DNA from: Bdellovibrio sp.
GTDB taxonomy: Bacteria > Bdellovibrionota > Bdellovibrionia > Bdellovibrionales > Bdellovibrionaceae
Reading direction: 5' to 3'
DNA length: 64,000 nt
Assembly: GCA_036676395.1 (NCBI GenBank)
Contig: JAKFCY010000002.1
Span: forward strand, 1,376,001 to 1,440,000
Shown here: positions 28,950-38,817 of the stretch, piece after piece
How positions within the stretch are numbered: the stretch's first letter is position 1
Layout of the letters: every line of letters starts with the position of its first letter
Program-made: the position numbers and the translations under genes
Notes under the pieces: generated by a model
Told to the model about the DNA's origin: nothing
Seen by the model: only the letters and a program-made list of their open reading frames with translations
Databases searched by the model: none

Positions 28950-30085
28950 AGAGAGTAAATCCCTTTCAAATGTTTTACTTGAGAAAATATTTCGTCTTTG
29001 TTGTTTCCACAGACTGTAAAATGCCCCATCTTGCGACCGGGTTTGGAATTTGTTTTTCCGTACAGATGTAAATGGCCATTTTTAATTTTTAAAAATTCTG
29101 CAATTGGTTCTAATTGCGAGATTTGGTTTTTAGTGCCTAGTAAATTTAGCATGACTGCATATTTGCTGGTTAAAGTCGTTTCACCTAAAGGTAAACCCAT
29201 CACACTGCGCACATGATTATGAAACTGTGAAGTCACGCATGCATTCATGCTGTAATGCCCAGAATTATGTGGACGCGGGGCTGATTCGTTTAAATAAACT
29301 TGATCGTCATCTGTTAGAAAAAATTCGAAAGCATATAAGCCGCGCGCATTAATTGCGGTTAGTGCAAGTTCTGTAAAAGCTTTAATTTTAGTTTCTACAG
29401 CAGGTGAAACATCTGCAGGAATTGTAACATAATGGCAAATGTGATTTTCTTGCACAGTTTCAGCAATCGGATAATAAACTGTGCCGCTATCGTTTCGCGC
29501 AGCCATGATAGCAATTTCTTTTTTATATGGAACAAAAGCTTCAACTAATTTACGACCTTTTAGTTTATGTAGCGCTTCGTCAATCATATCTTCAGATTTA
29601 ATAGTCACGTTGCCGTAACCGTCGTATCCACCCTTTGCAGATTTCATAACAACAGGTAATCCGTAAGTATTAATAAACGAAACAACATCTGCTTTTGTTG
29701 CTACTTCTTGATACGGGCAAACGGCAATCCCAGCGTTAGAGAAAGTATTTTTCTCGGTGATTTTATCTCCGATAAATTTAAATGTCTCTGCTGAGGGGTA
29801 AAGTTTGTTTGGTTTTCTTTGTTCAATTGCTTCTAGAATAGATTGATCGATGAACTCATTTTCTAAAGTGATATAATCGCACTGATCAACGAAAGCTAAA
29901 ATTTTATCTAGATTATTAAAGTCAGATTTTGTAGTGAAGTTGCCAACTTGCGAAGCGGGACTTGTTGTATCTACGGCTTCGTTACATAAGACATGAGTTT
30001 TGATTCCTAGGTCGTGTGCGGCCAGAGCTGTCATACGCGACAACTGTCCGCTTCCTAAAATACCTAAGACCGTATTTGCATTCAT
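28946..30085 (-). CDS. purK: N5-CAIR synthetase
   Basis: [33 protein letters not shown]...GRKMGH; start set at the ATG at 30085. Confidence 0.95.
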   Translation of the reverse strand: MNANTVLGILGSGQLSRMTALAAHDLGIKTHVLCNEAVDTTSPASQVGNFTTKSDFNNLDKILAFVDQCDYITLENEFIDQSILEAIEQRKPNKLYPSAETFKFIGDKITEKNTFSNAGIAVCPYQEVATKADVVSFINTYGLPVVMKSAKGGYDGYGNVTIKSEDMIDEALHKLKGRKLVEAFVPYKKEIAIMAARNDSGTVYYPIAETVQENHICHYVTIPADVSPAVETKIKAFTELALTAINARGLYAFEFFLTDDDQVYLNESAPRPHNSGHYSMNACVTSQFHNHVRSVMGLPLGETTLTSKYAVMLNLLGTKNQISQLEPIAEFLKIKNGHLHLYGKTNSKPGRKMGHFTVCGNNKDEIFSQVKHLKGIYSL

Positions 30086-30138
30086 GTGCTTACGAATATA
30101 CGAGTGACTGCCTAAATATTCAATGAGATTATGGCTGC

Positions 30139-30597
30139 ATGGGTTCACCTAAAGTTAAAGTAAAGGCGCAGGTATTGATCATTAACGGTGATAAGGTGCT
30201 CGTATATCGCGTATTAGACGAAAAAACTGGAACACATATATATAGACTGATCGGCGGGCGGATAGAGTTCGGCGAATTGTCTGAAAAAGCAGCTATTCGT
30301 GAATTCTTTGAAGAAACTCATATCGAAGTCAAAAGCCAACAGCACGTGGGTTGTTTTGAAAGTATCTATATATTGCACGGAAAACCAAAACACGAATTCG
30401 TACAAATTTATGTCTGCGAATTTGTTGATAAATCCCATTATAATAAAACAAGTTTTAAACTTTTCGAACCTGGTGAAATTCTAAATGACGCAGAATGGGT
30501 TGATGCAAAATTGTTAAGTCAGAAATCGACGCCATTTTATCCAGAAAAGTTAAAAGCGACCCTAACTGATAAACTTCTTGAAAACAAAACTGTCTAA
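30139..30597 (+). CDS. NUDIX hydrolase
   Basis: Nudix box GGRIEFGELSEKAAIREFFEET. Confidence 0.88.
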   Translation: MGSPKVKVKAQVLIINGDKVLVYRVLDEKTGTHIYRLIGGRIEFGELSEKAAIREFFEETHIEVKSQQHVGCFESIYILHGKPKHEFVQIYVCEFVDKSHYNKTSFKLFEPGEILNDAEWVDAKLLSQKSTPFYPEKLKATLTDKLLENKTV

Positions 30598-30606
30598 TCC
30601 TATAGT
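30578..30606 (+). promoter_or_regulatory. Sigma70 promoter of the purF operon
   Basis: TTGAAA-17 nt-TATAGT, about 75 nt upstream of the purF ATG. Confidence 0.65.
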
Positions 30607-30680
30607 GTCCTCACAACACTTAACCATCCATGTGTTCAGTAGACTAGTAATACATGTGGTGTTTTTATATAGGAGTCCCC

Positions 30681-32180
30681 ATGTGTGGTGTGATTGGAGT
30701 TTTTGGAACTCCGTATTCATCTCAAGAGGTTCAACAAGGTTTGCAGCTCTTGCAACACCGAGGACAAGACGCAGCCGGCATCCTATCTTTTAATTCTCAA
30801 ACAAAAAATTTTTCGCTCTATAAAGATGTAGGACTTGTTTCTAAAGTTTTCGACGACAGTAAACTTTATGGAATTACAGGTGACATCAGCATTGGCCACA
30901 CTCGTTATGCCACAGTCGGCCCCAAGACGGCGATTGATGCAAAAAGGGATTTGCAACCGATGATGGTGAATTACCCTTTCGGAATCGGAATGGTTCATAA
31001 CGGTAATCTGGTAAATTACTATCAGTTAAAAAAAGAATTAAAAGAAACCAAGAATAGAATTCTTTTCACGCAAAACGATCTAGAAGCTCTTTTAAATATT
31101 TTATCGAATAATCTCTTAGAAAAAAATAACCTAAATTTCTCATTCGACGAATTCCAAGCCTCAGTAAAGTCCCTCTTTGATCAAGCCAAAGGGGGATTTT
31201 CAGTTTTGGGAGTCATTGCAGAAAAAGGCTTCTTTGCTTTTCGCGATCCACACGGAATTCGCCCATTAATTTTGGGTAGAAGAAATCTGACGGACGAAGA
31301 GAAAAAAGAAAACCCAAATCATTTCGGTGTAAGTTACTGTGCAAGTTCAGAAACGAATGCGATGAACTTTCTAGGTTACGAACCGATTCGTGATTTAAGC
31401 CCCGGTGAGATTATCTTTATTGATAATTCGGGCGAGATTTATTCTTCATCTAATTATTCGACACAGAATAAGATTCCGGCTAAAACGTGCATGTTTGAAT
31501 ACGTGTATTTTTCAAATCCAGAATCTAAATTAGAAAACGTCAGTATTTACGGAGCACGTTTAAATTTTGGTAAACACATTGCTGAAGAAATTCGTGGTAA
31601 AATTGATTCTGGTGTTATTAAGCCAGATATCATCGTGCCGATTCCTGAAACTTCTCGCGTAGCCGCCATCAGCATGTCTGAAACCTTAGGAATTCCATAC
31701 CGCGAAGTTTTAATTAAAAATCGTTACATTCAACGCAGTTTTATTTTAAATACTCAAGAATCCCGCAAGCGCGCAGTGCAGTTAAAATTAACGGCAATTG
31801 CTTCTGAGATTAAAGGTAAAAACGTAATGTTAGTGGATGACTCGGTTGTTCGCGGAACGACATCTAAGAAAATCATCGATATGGTTCGCGAAGCGGGGGC
31901 TAATGAAGTTTATTTAGCTTCAACTTGTCCGCCGATTCGTCATCCTTGTTTTTACGGCGTGGATTTTCCAGACCCGAATGAATTAGTTGCTCATGGAAAA
32001 ACTGAAACTGAAGTAGCTAAAATGTTAGGTGCGGATCATTTATTTTATTTAACTGTTGAAGGTTTAAAGAAAAGTATCGGATCAGATAAACTTTGCATGG
32101 CTTGTATTGATGGTAAATACCCGGTCGATACTTCGAATAAAGCTTTTAGCGAAATGCGCCAGGCGCACCGCGGGGGTTAA
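30681..32180 (+). CDS. purF: Amidophosphoribosyltransferase
   Basis: MCG N-terminus after AGGAG RBS, LQHRGQD, GHTRY, HNGNL, CMFEYVYF, VDDSVVRGTT. Confidence 0.97.
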   Translation: MCGVIGVFGTPYSSQEVQQGLQLLQHRGQDAAGILSFNSQTKNFSLYKDVGLVSKVFDDSKLYGITGDISIGHTRYATVGPKTAIDAKRDLQPMMVNYPFGIGMVHNGNLVNYYQLKKELKETKNRILFTQNDLEALLNILSNNLLEKNNLNFSFDEFQASVKSLFDQAKGGFSVLGVIAEKGFFAFRDPHGIRPLILGRRNLTDEEKKENPNHFGVSYCASSETNAMNFLGYEPIRDLSPGEIIFIDNSGEIYSSSNYSTQNKIPAKTCMFEYVYFSNPESKLENVSIYGARLNFGKHIAEEIRGKIDSGVIKPDIIVPIPETSRVAAISMSETLGIPYREVLIKNRYIQRSFILNTQESRKRAVQLKLTAIASEIKGKNVMLVDDSVVRGTTSKKIIDMVREAGANEVYLASTCPPIRHPCFYGVDFPDPNELVAHGKTETEVAKMLGADHLFYLTVEGLKKSIGSDKLCMACIDGKYPVDTSNKAFSEMRQAHRGG

Positions 32181-32183
32181 GAG

Positions 32184-33224
32184 ATGAATCAACTTCCTCC
32201 TCTTTTATACCAAGGCTCAGTTAAGAATGTTCGTGGCCAAGATCTGGATGCTTCTTTAGTTTTTGAATACTCAGATCGTTATTCAGTTTTTGATTGGGGT
32301 GAAATGCCAGATCAGATTTCTGGTAAAGGTGCTGCTCTTAATTTAATGGGTTATGCCTTTTTTCAATACTTAGAAAAACAAATTGGTTTAAAGCATCATA
32401 TGTTAGGTCTAGTTGGAACGGGTGCTACGAATCTGTGCTCGGTTAAAAATGTAAAAGTTGTTCGTCCTAAAAAAGAGGGTGCGGCTTATAACTATCAACC
32501 TTATCAAGATCGTTTAGTGAATGCATTGGTTCCGCTAGAAGTGATTTTTCGTTTAGGTTTGGCTGAAGGTAATTCATTATCAAAAAGATTTAAATCAAAT
32601 CCAGAATTAGCAAAACAGTTCGGTTTAACTTCAGTTCCTAAAGAGGGTGAGCTGTTAGAAAAACCCTTAATTGATTTTTCAACAAAACTTGAAGCGGGTG
32701 ATCGTTATGTCACTTACGCTGAAGCGCAATCAATCTCTGGAATGACTGCGACTGAGTTTCAAAAACTTATCGCTAAAACTACAGAAATTGCACTTTGTTT
32801 GAAGGACTTTCATCAAAAGATGGGTCTAGAGCTTTGGGACGGTAAAGTTGAATTTGCCTTCGTTCAAGGCGATTCACAAGACCGTGATTTTATGTTGGTC
32901 GATTCCATCGGGATCGATGAATTGCGTTTAATCTGTGAAGGTAAAAGTTTATCGAAAGAATTCTTGCGCGAGATCTATAAAAACTCGACTTGGTATCAAG
33001 CATTGAATGAAGCCAAAGAAGAGGCTTTGTTAAGTCAGGGTGATTTCAAAGATATTTGTAAGAATAAGTATCAGCAAAATCCTCCAAATCTCTCACCTTT
33101 AAATAAACAAAAAGCCGAAGACTTATATCAAAGTTACTGCAATTCAGTTTATGCCCAGATGAATTTACCACTTCCTTTTAATCCAGAACTGAACGTTAAA
33201 AATTACGTGGGTAAATATCTATGA
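32184..33224 (+). CDS. purC: SAICAR synthetase
   Basis: YQGSVK, YSDRYSVFD, PLEVI.R, STKLE, DGKVEF. Confidence 0.9.
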   Translation: MNQLPPLLYQGSVKNVRGQDLDASLVFEYSDRYSVFDWGEMPDQISGKGAALNLMGYAFFQYLEKQIGLKHHMLGLVGTGATNLCSVKNVKVVRPKKEGAAYNYQPYQDRLVNALVPLEVIFRLGLAEGNSLSKRFKSNPELAKQFGLTSVPKEGELLEKPLIDFSTKLEAGDRYVTYAEAQSISGMTATEFQKLIAKTTEIALCLKDFHQKMGLELWDGKVEFAFVQGDSQDRDFMLVDSIGIDELRLICEGKSLSKEFLREIYKNSTWYQALNEAKEEALLSQGDFKDICKNKYQQNPPNLSPLNKQKAEDLYQSYCNSVYAQMNLPLPFNPELNVKNYVGKYL

Positions 33225-34498
33225 GAATTTTAATCGTCGGAAGTGGCGGACGTGAACACGCCTTAGCTTGGAAAATCTTGCAGTCGCCAAAAGTGCGCCA
33301 AGTTTTTATCGCGCCAGGAAACCAAGGCATTACTCATAAACTGCCAAATCTGACAGCGGTAGATATTAAAGCTACTGATATTGAATCTTTATTGGTGTTC
33401 GCTCTTAAAGAAAAAATTGATTTAACTGTTGTAGGTCCCGAGAATTCTTTAGAAAAAGGAATTCTGGACCTATTCAAAGCAAACGGTTTAAAAGTTTTCG
33501 GACCATCAAAAGCGGCAAGCCAATTAGAGACTTCTAAAATTTTTGCTAAACAAGTTATGATCGCAGCGGGTATCCCGACGGCTGAGTATCAATCATTTAC
33601 TAGTTTTGAAGCAGCAACTCAATTCATCGAACAAACTTCTTGGACTCAAATGGTAGTTAAAGCCGATGGCTTAGCTGCAGGAAAAGGTGTCGTAGTTTGT
33701 AAGGATAAAGCAGAAGCTTTTTCAGCGGTAAAAAGTTTTATGGTCGATGATATATTAGGTTTTAAAGTTACAAATTTATTAATCGAAGAATTTTTAGTTG
33801 GACCAGAGGTTTCAGTATTCGCATTAAGTGATGGTAATAACGTCACTTTCTTAAGCACCGCCAGCGATCACAAAAGATTACGTGATGGTGATCTTGGGCC
33901 TAACACGGGTGGCATGGGGGTCATTTCTCCGTCGCCATTTTTCGAAGCCGCAGATCAAGAATTAGTAATGAATCAAATTTTCAAACCTGTAGTTCTTGAA
34001 ATGAAAAACCGCGGAACACCTTTTTCTGGAGTCCTATTTGCGGGATTAATGAAAACTTCTAAAGGTTATAAAACTCTAGAGTTTAACGTGCGCTTTGGTG
34101 ATCCTGAAACTCAAGCACTGATGATGTTAATTGATGAAGACATCGTTCCGTTATTTTTAGCCTGTGCCGAAGGTGTGTTACATAATACTTCAATTGCATT
34201 GAAATCTGAAAAAGCAATTCACGTTGTACTTGCGGCTTATGGGTATCCGGGCACCGAGGGAGTTCCGGTTCGCAGCGGTGATGAAATTTCATTACATCAT
34301 ACAATCCAAGGACAAATGTTTTTCGCAGGTGTTGCAAAACTTGACGGGAATTTTGTAACTGCGGGTGGTCGAGTTCTAGGAATCACTTCAATCGGTGAAA
34401 CATATTCTGAAGCACGTACTAAAGCTTATAGTTCAATCGCTACAGTTAAATTTGCCGGATCTCAGTGTAGAACCGATATTGGAGCAGGGCATGCCTAA
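33221..34498 (+). CDS. purD: Phosphoribosylamine-glycine ligase
   Basis: GSGGREHALAW, KADGLAAGKGV, GPNTGGMG, EFNVRFGDPETQ. Confidence 0.97.
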   Translation: MRILIVGSGGREHALAWKILQSPKVRQVFIAPGNQGITHKLPNLTAVDIKATDIESLLVFALKEKIDLTVVGPENSLEKGILDLFKANGLKVFGPSKAASQLETSKIFAKQVMIAAGIPTAEYQSFTSFEAATQFIEQTSWTQMVVKADGLAAGKGVVVCKDKAEAFSAVKSFMVDDILGFKVTNLLIEEFLVGPEVSVFALSDGNNVTFLSTASDHKRLRDGDLGPNTGGMGVISPSPFFEAADQELVMNQIFKPVVLEMKNRGTPFSGVLFAGLMKTSKGYKTLEFNVRFGDPETQALMMLIDEDIVPLFLACAEGVLHNTSIALKSEKAIHVVLAAYGYPGTEGVPVRSGDEISLHHTIQGQMFFAGVAKLDGNFVTAGGRVLGITSIGETYSEARTKAYSSIATVKFAGSQCRTDIGAGHA

Positions 34499-35081
34499 GA
34501 TTGTAGTGCTTGCGTCAGGAAGTGGATCAAACGCAGAAGCGATCATCCGCTTTGCCCAAGAACACAAATCTTTTGAAGTAGCGGCTGTGATCTCAGATAA
34601 AGCTAAAGCCTTAGTTTTACAACGTGCTGAAAATCTTAAAGTTGAAGCTCAGGCTATTGAAAAAAGTAAAACTGAAACTAAGGGTGCATTTGAGCAAAGG
34701 TTAGTTCACGAAATCAAAAAACATCAGCCTGATTGGGTGGTGTTAGCTGGTTTTATGAAATTGCTTTCGCCAGAATTTTTACAAAACTTTTACGATCCTA
34801 AAATTAAACATTATAAGGTCGTAAATATTCATCCCTCGTTATTGCCATTATTTCCGGGAAAAGATGCTTACGAACAATCTTATAAAGCTCAAATGAGCGA
34901 ATATGGCTGCACCATTCATTTTGTCGACGAAGGCATGGATACCGGAAAGATCATTTACCAAGAACGTTTAAAAGCTAACTTAGGCGAAGATTTTGAATCA
35001 TTCAAAGCCCGCGGCCTAGCAGCAGAAAATAAAATTTACCCAATTATCTTAGAAAAGTTATTTAAGGAGTATTCATTATGA
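34491..35081 (+). CDS. purN: Phosphoribosylglycinamide formyltransferase
   Basis: SGSGSN, LAGFMK, NIHPSLLP.FPG, GCTIHFVDEGMDTG; start set at the ATG at 34491. Confidence 0.95.
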   Translation: MPKIVVLASGSGSNAEAIIRFAQEHKSFEVAAVISDKAKALVLQRAENLKVEAQAIEKSKTETKGAFEQRLVHEIKKHQPDWVVLAGFMKLLSPEFLQNFYDPKIKHYKVVNIHPSLLPLFPGKDAYEQSYKAQMSEYGCTIHFVDEGMDTGKIIYQERLKANLGEDFESFKARGLAAENKIYPIILEKLFKEYSL

Positions 35082-38050
35082 AAACGACTTACCGATTTGA
35101 AATATACCCAAATCAACATCAATCAACTGACATGAGTTCGACAGAAAAGAAAACCACGGAATGGATTTCTAAGTACTGCAACCTAAAATTTGATAAGCTA
35201 TTTAAAGTTAATTACTTTCTATTAGAATCTAATGAGCCAATCGCAGGAATAGATGATTTTGCAAAAACGATTCTAACAGATTCAGTGACTGATGTTTTAT
35301 TCTCTTCTGAATCTAAAAATATGGACCTAGTTTCATACCTTGGTCAGCGTGGATTCACAGAGCCTGTATTATGCGATGTTAGCTTTAAACCAGGCGTGAC
35401 TGATAATTCAGCTCAGGCAGTACTTGAAGCCTTTAAATTAATTCCAGATCTTAAGAAATATGAATTAAACGTTGCCTCTGGCGAATGTTATTACTTACAA
35501 AGCACAGAAAGCTTAACAGATGAAGCTTTTGAAAAAGTAAGTTATGAAAAATTAGCTAATCAATTATTACATAAAGTTACTATTCAGCGTAAAGCTGCGA
35601 TTGCAGCAAATATTCGTATGCAAGCGCCAAAGATTATCGAAGTAGTTTCAACTTCTCATGAAGCTACAACAATTGATTTAAATTTAGATAATTCAACGCT
35701 ATTAAAATTAAACACAGATAATTGCTGGGCTTTAAGTCTAGACGAAATTCACTTTGTGCGTGATTACTTTAAAACTCTAGATCGCAATCCAACTGACGTT
35801 GAGATGGAAGTCATTGCTCAAAGTTGGTCAGAGCACTGTAAACATAAAATCTTTGCAAGTACTATTGAATACACCGAAGGCGAACTTCCTGCGCATATGA
35901 AAAAGCTTGGAGATTTTGAAGTAAACAGTTTATTCAAAACTTTTATTCGCGGGGCGACCGAGAAAATTAAAGCAGATCGTAATCTTCAATGGTTAATCTC
36001 AATCTTTCACGATAATGCAGGGATTGTTCGTTTTGATAAAAACGTCGATGTTTGTATTAAAGTTGAAACACATAATTCCCCTTCAGCATTAGATCCCTAC
36101 GGCGGAGCCTTAACTGGTATCTTAGGTGTAAACCGCGATATCTTAGGTTGTGGCCAAGGTGCAAAGCCTATCGCTAATACGAATGTGTTTTGCTTAGCTG
36201 AAGACTCTTTCTTTAAAGAAAATAATATCAAGCTGCATCCAAAACTTAAAAACCCAGACCGCATCGCAGAAGGTGTTCATTTGGGTGTGCAAGATGGCGG
36301 TAATAAATCAGGTGTTCCAACTGTAAACGGCGCATTCGTATTTGATAAAGACTATGTAGGTAAACCATTAGTGTTCTGCGGAACAATCGGTGTTTTACCA
36401 CAAGCAGAAAATAATTTATCTACAGCTGAAAAAAGACAACAACCCGGAGACTACATCGTGATGTCGGGTGGTAAGATCGGTAAAGACGGAATCCACGGGG
36501 CAACATTTAGCTCTATGGAATTAAACGAAAATGCTCCGGCTTCAGTGGTGCAAATTGGTGATCCAATCACCCAAAAACGTCTAGGTGATTTTTTAATCGA
36601 AGCTCGTCAAAAAAATCTTTTCTCAAGTGTCACAGATAACGGCGCTGGTGGCTTAAGCTCATCAGTCGGAGAAATGGCTGGTTTAACAAACGGAGCGATT
36701 GTTGATTTAGATCGCGCTCCTACGAAATATCCAGGTTTATCACCTTTTGAATTAATGGTGAGTGAATCGCAAGAACGCATGACTTTCTCGGTTCCAAAAG
36801 AAAAAGTTCATCAGTTTTTACAGCTTTCAGAAAAAAGAAATGTTTTATCAACAGTCATCGGTGAATTTACAAACCAAGGCCAGTTATTAGTTCGCTATAA
36901 CGGAAAAACCGTAGCTGATTTAAATTTACATTTCTTGCATGAATCACTTCGCCCGATGCAATTAAAAGCGCACATTGATCAAGCAAGTGTGGAGCAAGCA
37001 AAAGCGACCCACTGGTTAAATGGTAAAGTAAAAGAAGAAGTTAAGCCGACAGAAGCAAAAGCTCAGTTATTATCTTTAATGGCTTCAGCGAATGTTAGAT
37101 CACATGAACACTTAGTTCGTAGATATGATCACGAAGTAAAAGCTGCAACTTTAGTAAAGCCATTTACGGGCTCTGAAAAAATCGGTCGTCATGCACCCAC
37201 TGATGCCGGCGTTATTTGGTTATACCCGCATGGTGGCGAGCGTGATAACGCGATTTCTGTATCGTGCGGTATTGCTCCACAAATTTCACATCATGACGCT
37301 TATGAAATGGCTGTCTGGGCTTTAGATGAAGCTGTTAGAAACAGCGTCTGCGTTGGAGCTGATCCAACAGAGATGGTGTTGATTGACAACTACTGTTGGC
37401 CAGATCCAATCACGTCTGGCAAAAATCCAGATGGGGCTCATAAGCTTGCGCAATTAGTTCGTACTTCAAAAGCGATCTATGATCTAAGTGTTGATTACGG
37501 AATGCCATTTGTTAGCGGCAAAGATTCAATGAAAAATGACTTTATGGCTGATGACGTAAAAATTTCGGTTCAACCTACACTATTAGTTACAGCAATGGGT
37601 CGCGTTCGTAGTTTAAATCATATCACGACAAGCGAAGCAAAAAACGTTGGTGATTTAGTTTACCTCATCGGACCAAATCAATTAATTGATTTCAAAAAAC
37701 AGTTAGGTCTATATAAAACATTACACAAAGCGATTTTATTAGGATTCGTAAATAGTGCACACGATGTTTCAGAAGGTGGCTTAGCCGTCAGCTTAACTGA
37801 GAAGATCATGTCGACAACTTTAGGTTTAGAAATTGATACTAAATTAGATCTGTTCGTCGAGAGCGCTGGTCGTATCATTGTGACGATTGATCCTATTAAG
37901 CAAAAAGAATTCGCTCAGTTATTTACAAGCGATTGTATTTTATTAGGAACAGTCACAGGTGATGCGAAATTAACAATTAAAAACCAATTCAGCGTAAACA
38001 ATACTGAAACTTTAGCCGCATACCGCATTAAAGCAGCAGGAGCGATATAG
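35078..38050 (+). CDS. purL: FGAM synthase large subunit with N-terminal PurS-like extension
   Basis: QSWSEHCKHKIF, KVETHNSPSA, DGIHGATFSS, DNGAGG, SESQERM, SGKDS, HDVSEGG. Confidence 0.95.
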   Translation: MKTTYRFEIYPNQHQSTDMSSTEKKTTEWISKYCNLKFDKLFKVNYFLLESNEPIAGIDDFAKTILTDSVTDVLFSSESKNMDLVSYLGQRGFTEPVLCDVSFKPGVTDNSAQAVLEAFKLIPDLKKYELNVASGECYYLQSTESLTDEAFEKVSYEKLANQLLHKVTIQRKAAIAANIRMQAPKIIEVVSTSHEATTIDLNLDNSTLLKLNTDNCWALSLDEIHFVRDYFKTLDRNPTDVEMEVIAQSWSEHCKHKIFASTIEYTEGELPAHMKKLGDFEVNSLFKTFIRGATEKIKADRNLQWLISIFHDNAGIVRFDKNVDVCIKVETHNSPSALDPYGGALTGILGVNRDILGCGQGAKPIANTNVFCLAEDSFFKENNIKLHPKLKNPDRIAEGVHLGVQDGGNKSGVPTVNGAFVFDKDYVGKPLVFCGTIGVLPQAENNLSTAEKRQQPGDYIVMSGGKIGKDGIHGATFSSMELNENAPASVVQIGDPITQKRLGDFLIEARQKNLFSSVTDNGAGGLSSSVGEMAGLTNGAIVDLDRAPTKYPGLSPFELMVSESQERMTFSVPKEKVHQFLQLSEKRNVLSTVIGEFTNQGQLLVRYNGKTVADLNLHFLHESLRPMQLKAHIDQASVEQAKATHWLNGKVKEEVKPTEAKAQLLSLMASANVRSHEHLVRRYDHEVKAATLVKPFTGSEKIGRHAPTDAGVIWLYPHGGERDNAISVSCGIAPQISHHDAYEMAVWALDEAVRNSVCVGADPTEMVLIDNYCWPDPITSGKNPDGAHKLAQLVRTSKAIYDLSVDYGMPFVSGKDSMKNDFMADDVKISVQPTLLVTAMGRVRSLNHITTSEAKNVGDLVYLIGPNQLIDFKKQLGLYKTLHKAILLGFVNSAHDVSEGGLAVSLTEKIMSTTLGLEIDTKLDLFVESAGRIIVTIDPIKQKEFAQLFTSDCILLGTVTGDAKLTIKNQFSVNNTETLAAYRIKAAGAI

Positions 38051-38817
38051 TGAAAAACAAAGTAAAAGCCTTAATATTAACGGGTGATGGTATTAACTGT
38101 GAAAATGAAACAGCGTTAGCTTTTTCAGAACATGGTTGTGAAACAAAAATCATGCACGTCCAAGATCTGATCGATCAGCCAGGATTATTAAGCCAATATC
38201 AAATCCTAGCATTACCAGGTGGATTTTCTTTCGGTGATGAAATCGGTTCAGGCCAAATTTTAGCTCTGAAATTAAAATACTCTTTAGGTGTAGCTTTGAC
38301 TGAATTCATTAATAATAAAAAATTGATCATCGGAATCTGTAACGGTTTTCAGGTGTTAGTGCGTTTAGGATTACTTCCTAAGCCATTTACAGAGCGCCAA
38401 ATGACATTAACCCATAATCGCCAAGGCCATTTCATTAATAAATGGGTGAACTTAACTGTGCCAAAATCAAATTGCATTTGGACAAAGTCATTACAAGGTA
38501 AAGAGATTGCACTTCCGATTAGACACGGCGAAGGTAAAATTACTTTCGCTGGAGATCAAGCCACGCAACATAATACTTTTTCTGCTTTGGTTTCCCAAGG
38601 TCAAATCGCGCTATCTTATACAGAAGACGTAAACGGTTCATACCAGCAGATCGCCGGTGTGACTGATCCTACAGGATGTATTTTAGGTTTAATGCCGCAT
38701 CCAGAAGCTGCAACCAGTAATTGGCTGTTGCCAGATGGCACAGCGAAAAAAACTGGCCAAGCGTTCGGACAACAATTTTTTATCAATGCTATCAAACACT
38801 GCGAAGAGAGGTTTTAA
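38050..38817 (+). CDS. purQ: FGAM synthase glutaminase subunit
   Basis: GINCE, PGGFSFGD, GICNGFQ, HGEG, GLMPHPE. Confidence 0.95.
   Translation: MKNKVKALILTGDGINCENETALAFSEHGCETKIMHVQDLIDQPGLLSQYQILALPGGFSFGDEIGSGQILALKLKYSLGVALTEFINNKKLIIGICNGFQVLVRLGLLPKPFTERQMTLTHNRQGHFINKWVNLTVPKSNCIWTKSLQGKEIALPIRHGEGKITFAGDQATQHNTFSALVSQGQIALSYTEDVNGSYQQIAGVTDPTGCILGLMPHPEAATSNWLLPDGTAKKTGQAFGQQFFINAIKHCEERF

Noticed and set aside
30611..30670. Known purine, ZTP or PRPP riboswitch before purF
   Set aside because: Conserved core nucleotides of these families are not visible and the leader is short; kept only as an unknown structured leader
30654..30680. Upstream ORF-track starts for purF (likewise purN, purK, sohB, dsbB, pgsA and the TolC-like gene)
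   Set aside because: Downstream ATGs give better RBS placement, family-typical N-termini (PurF needs Met-Cys) and avoid long overlaps
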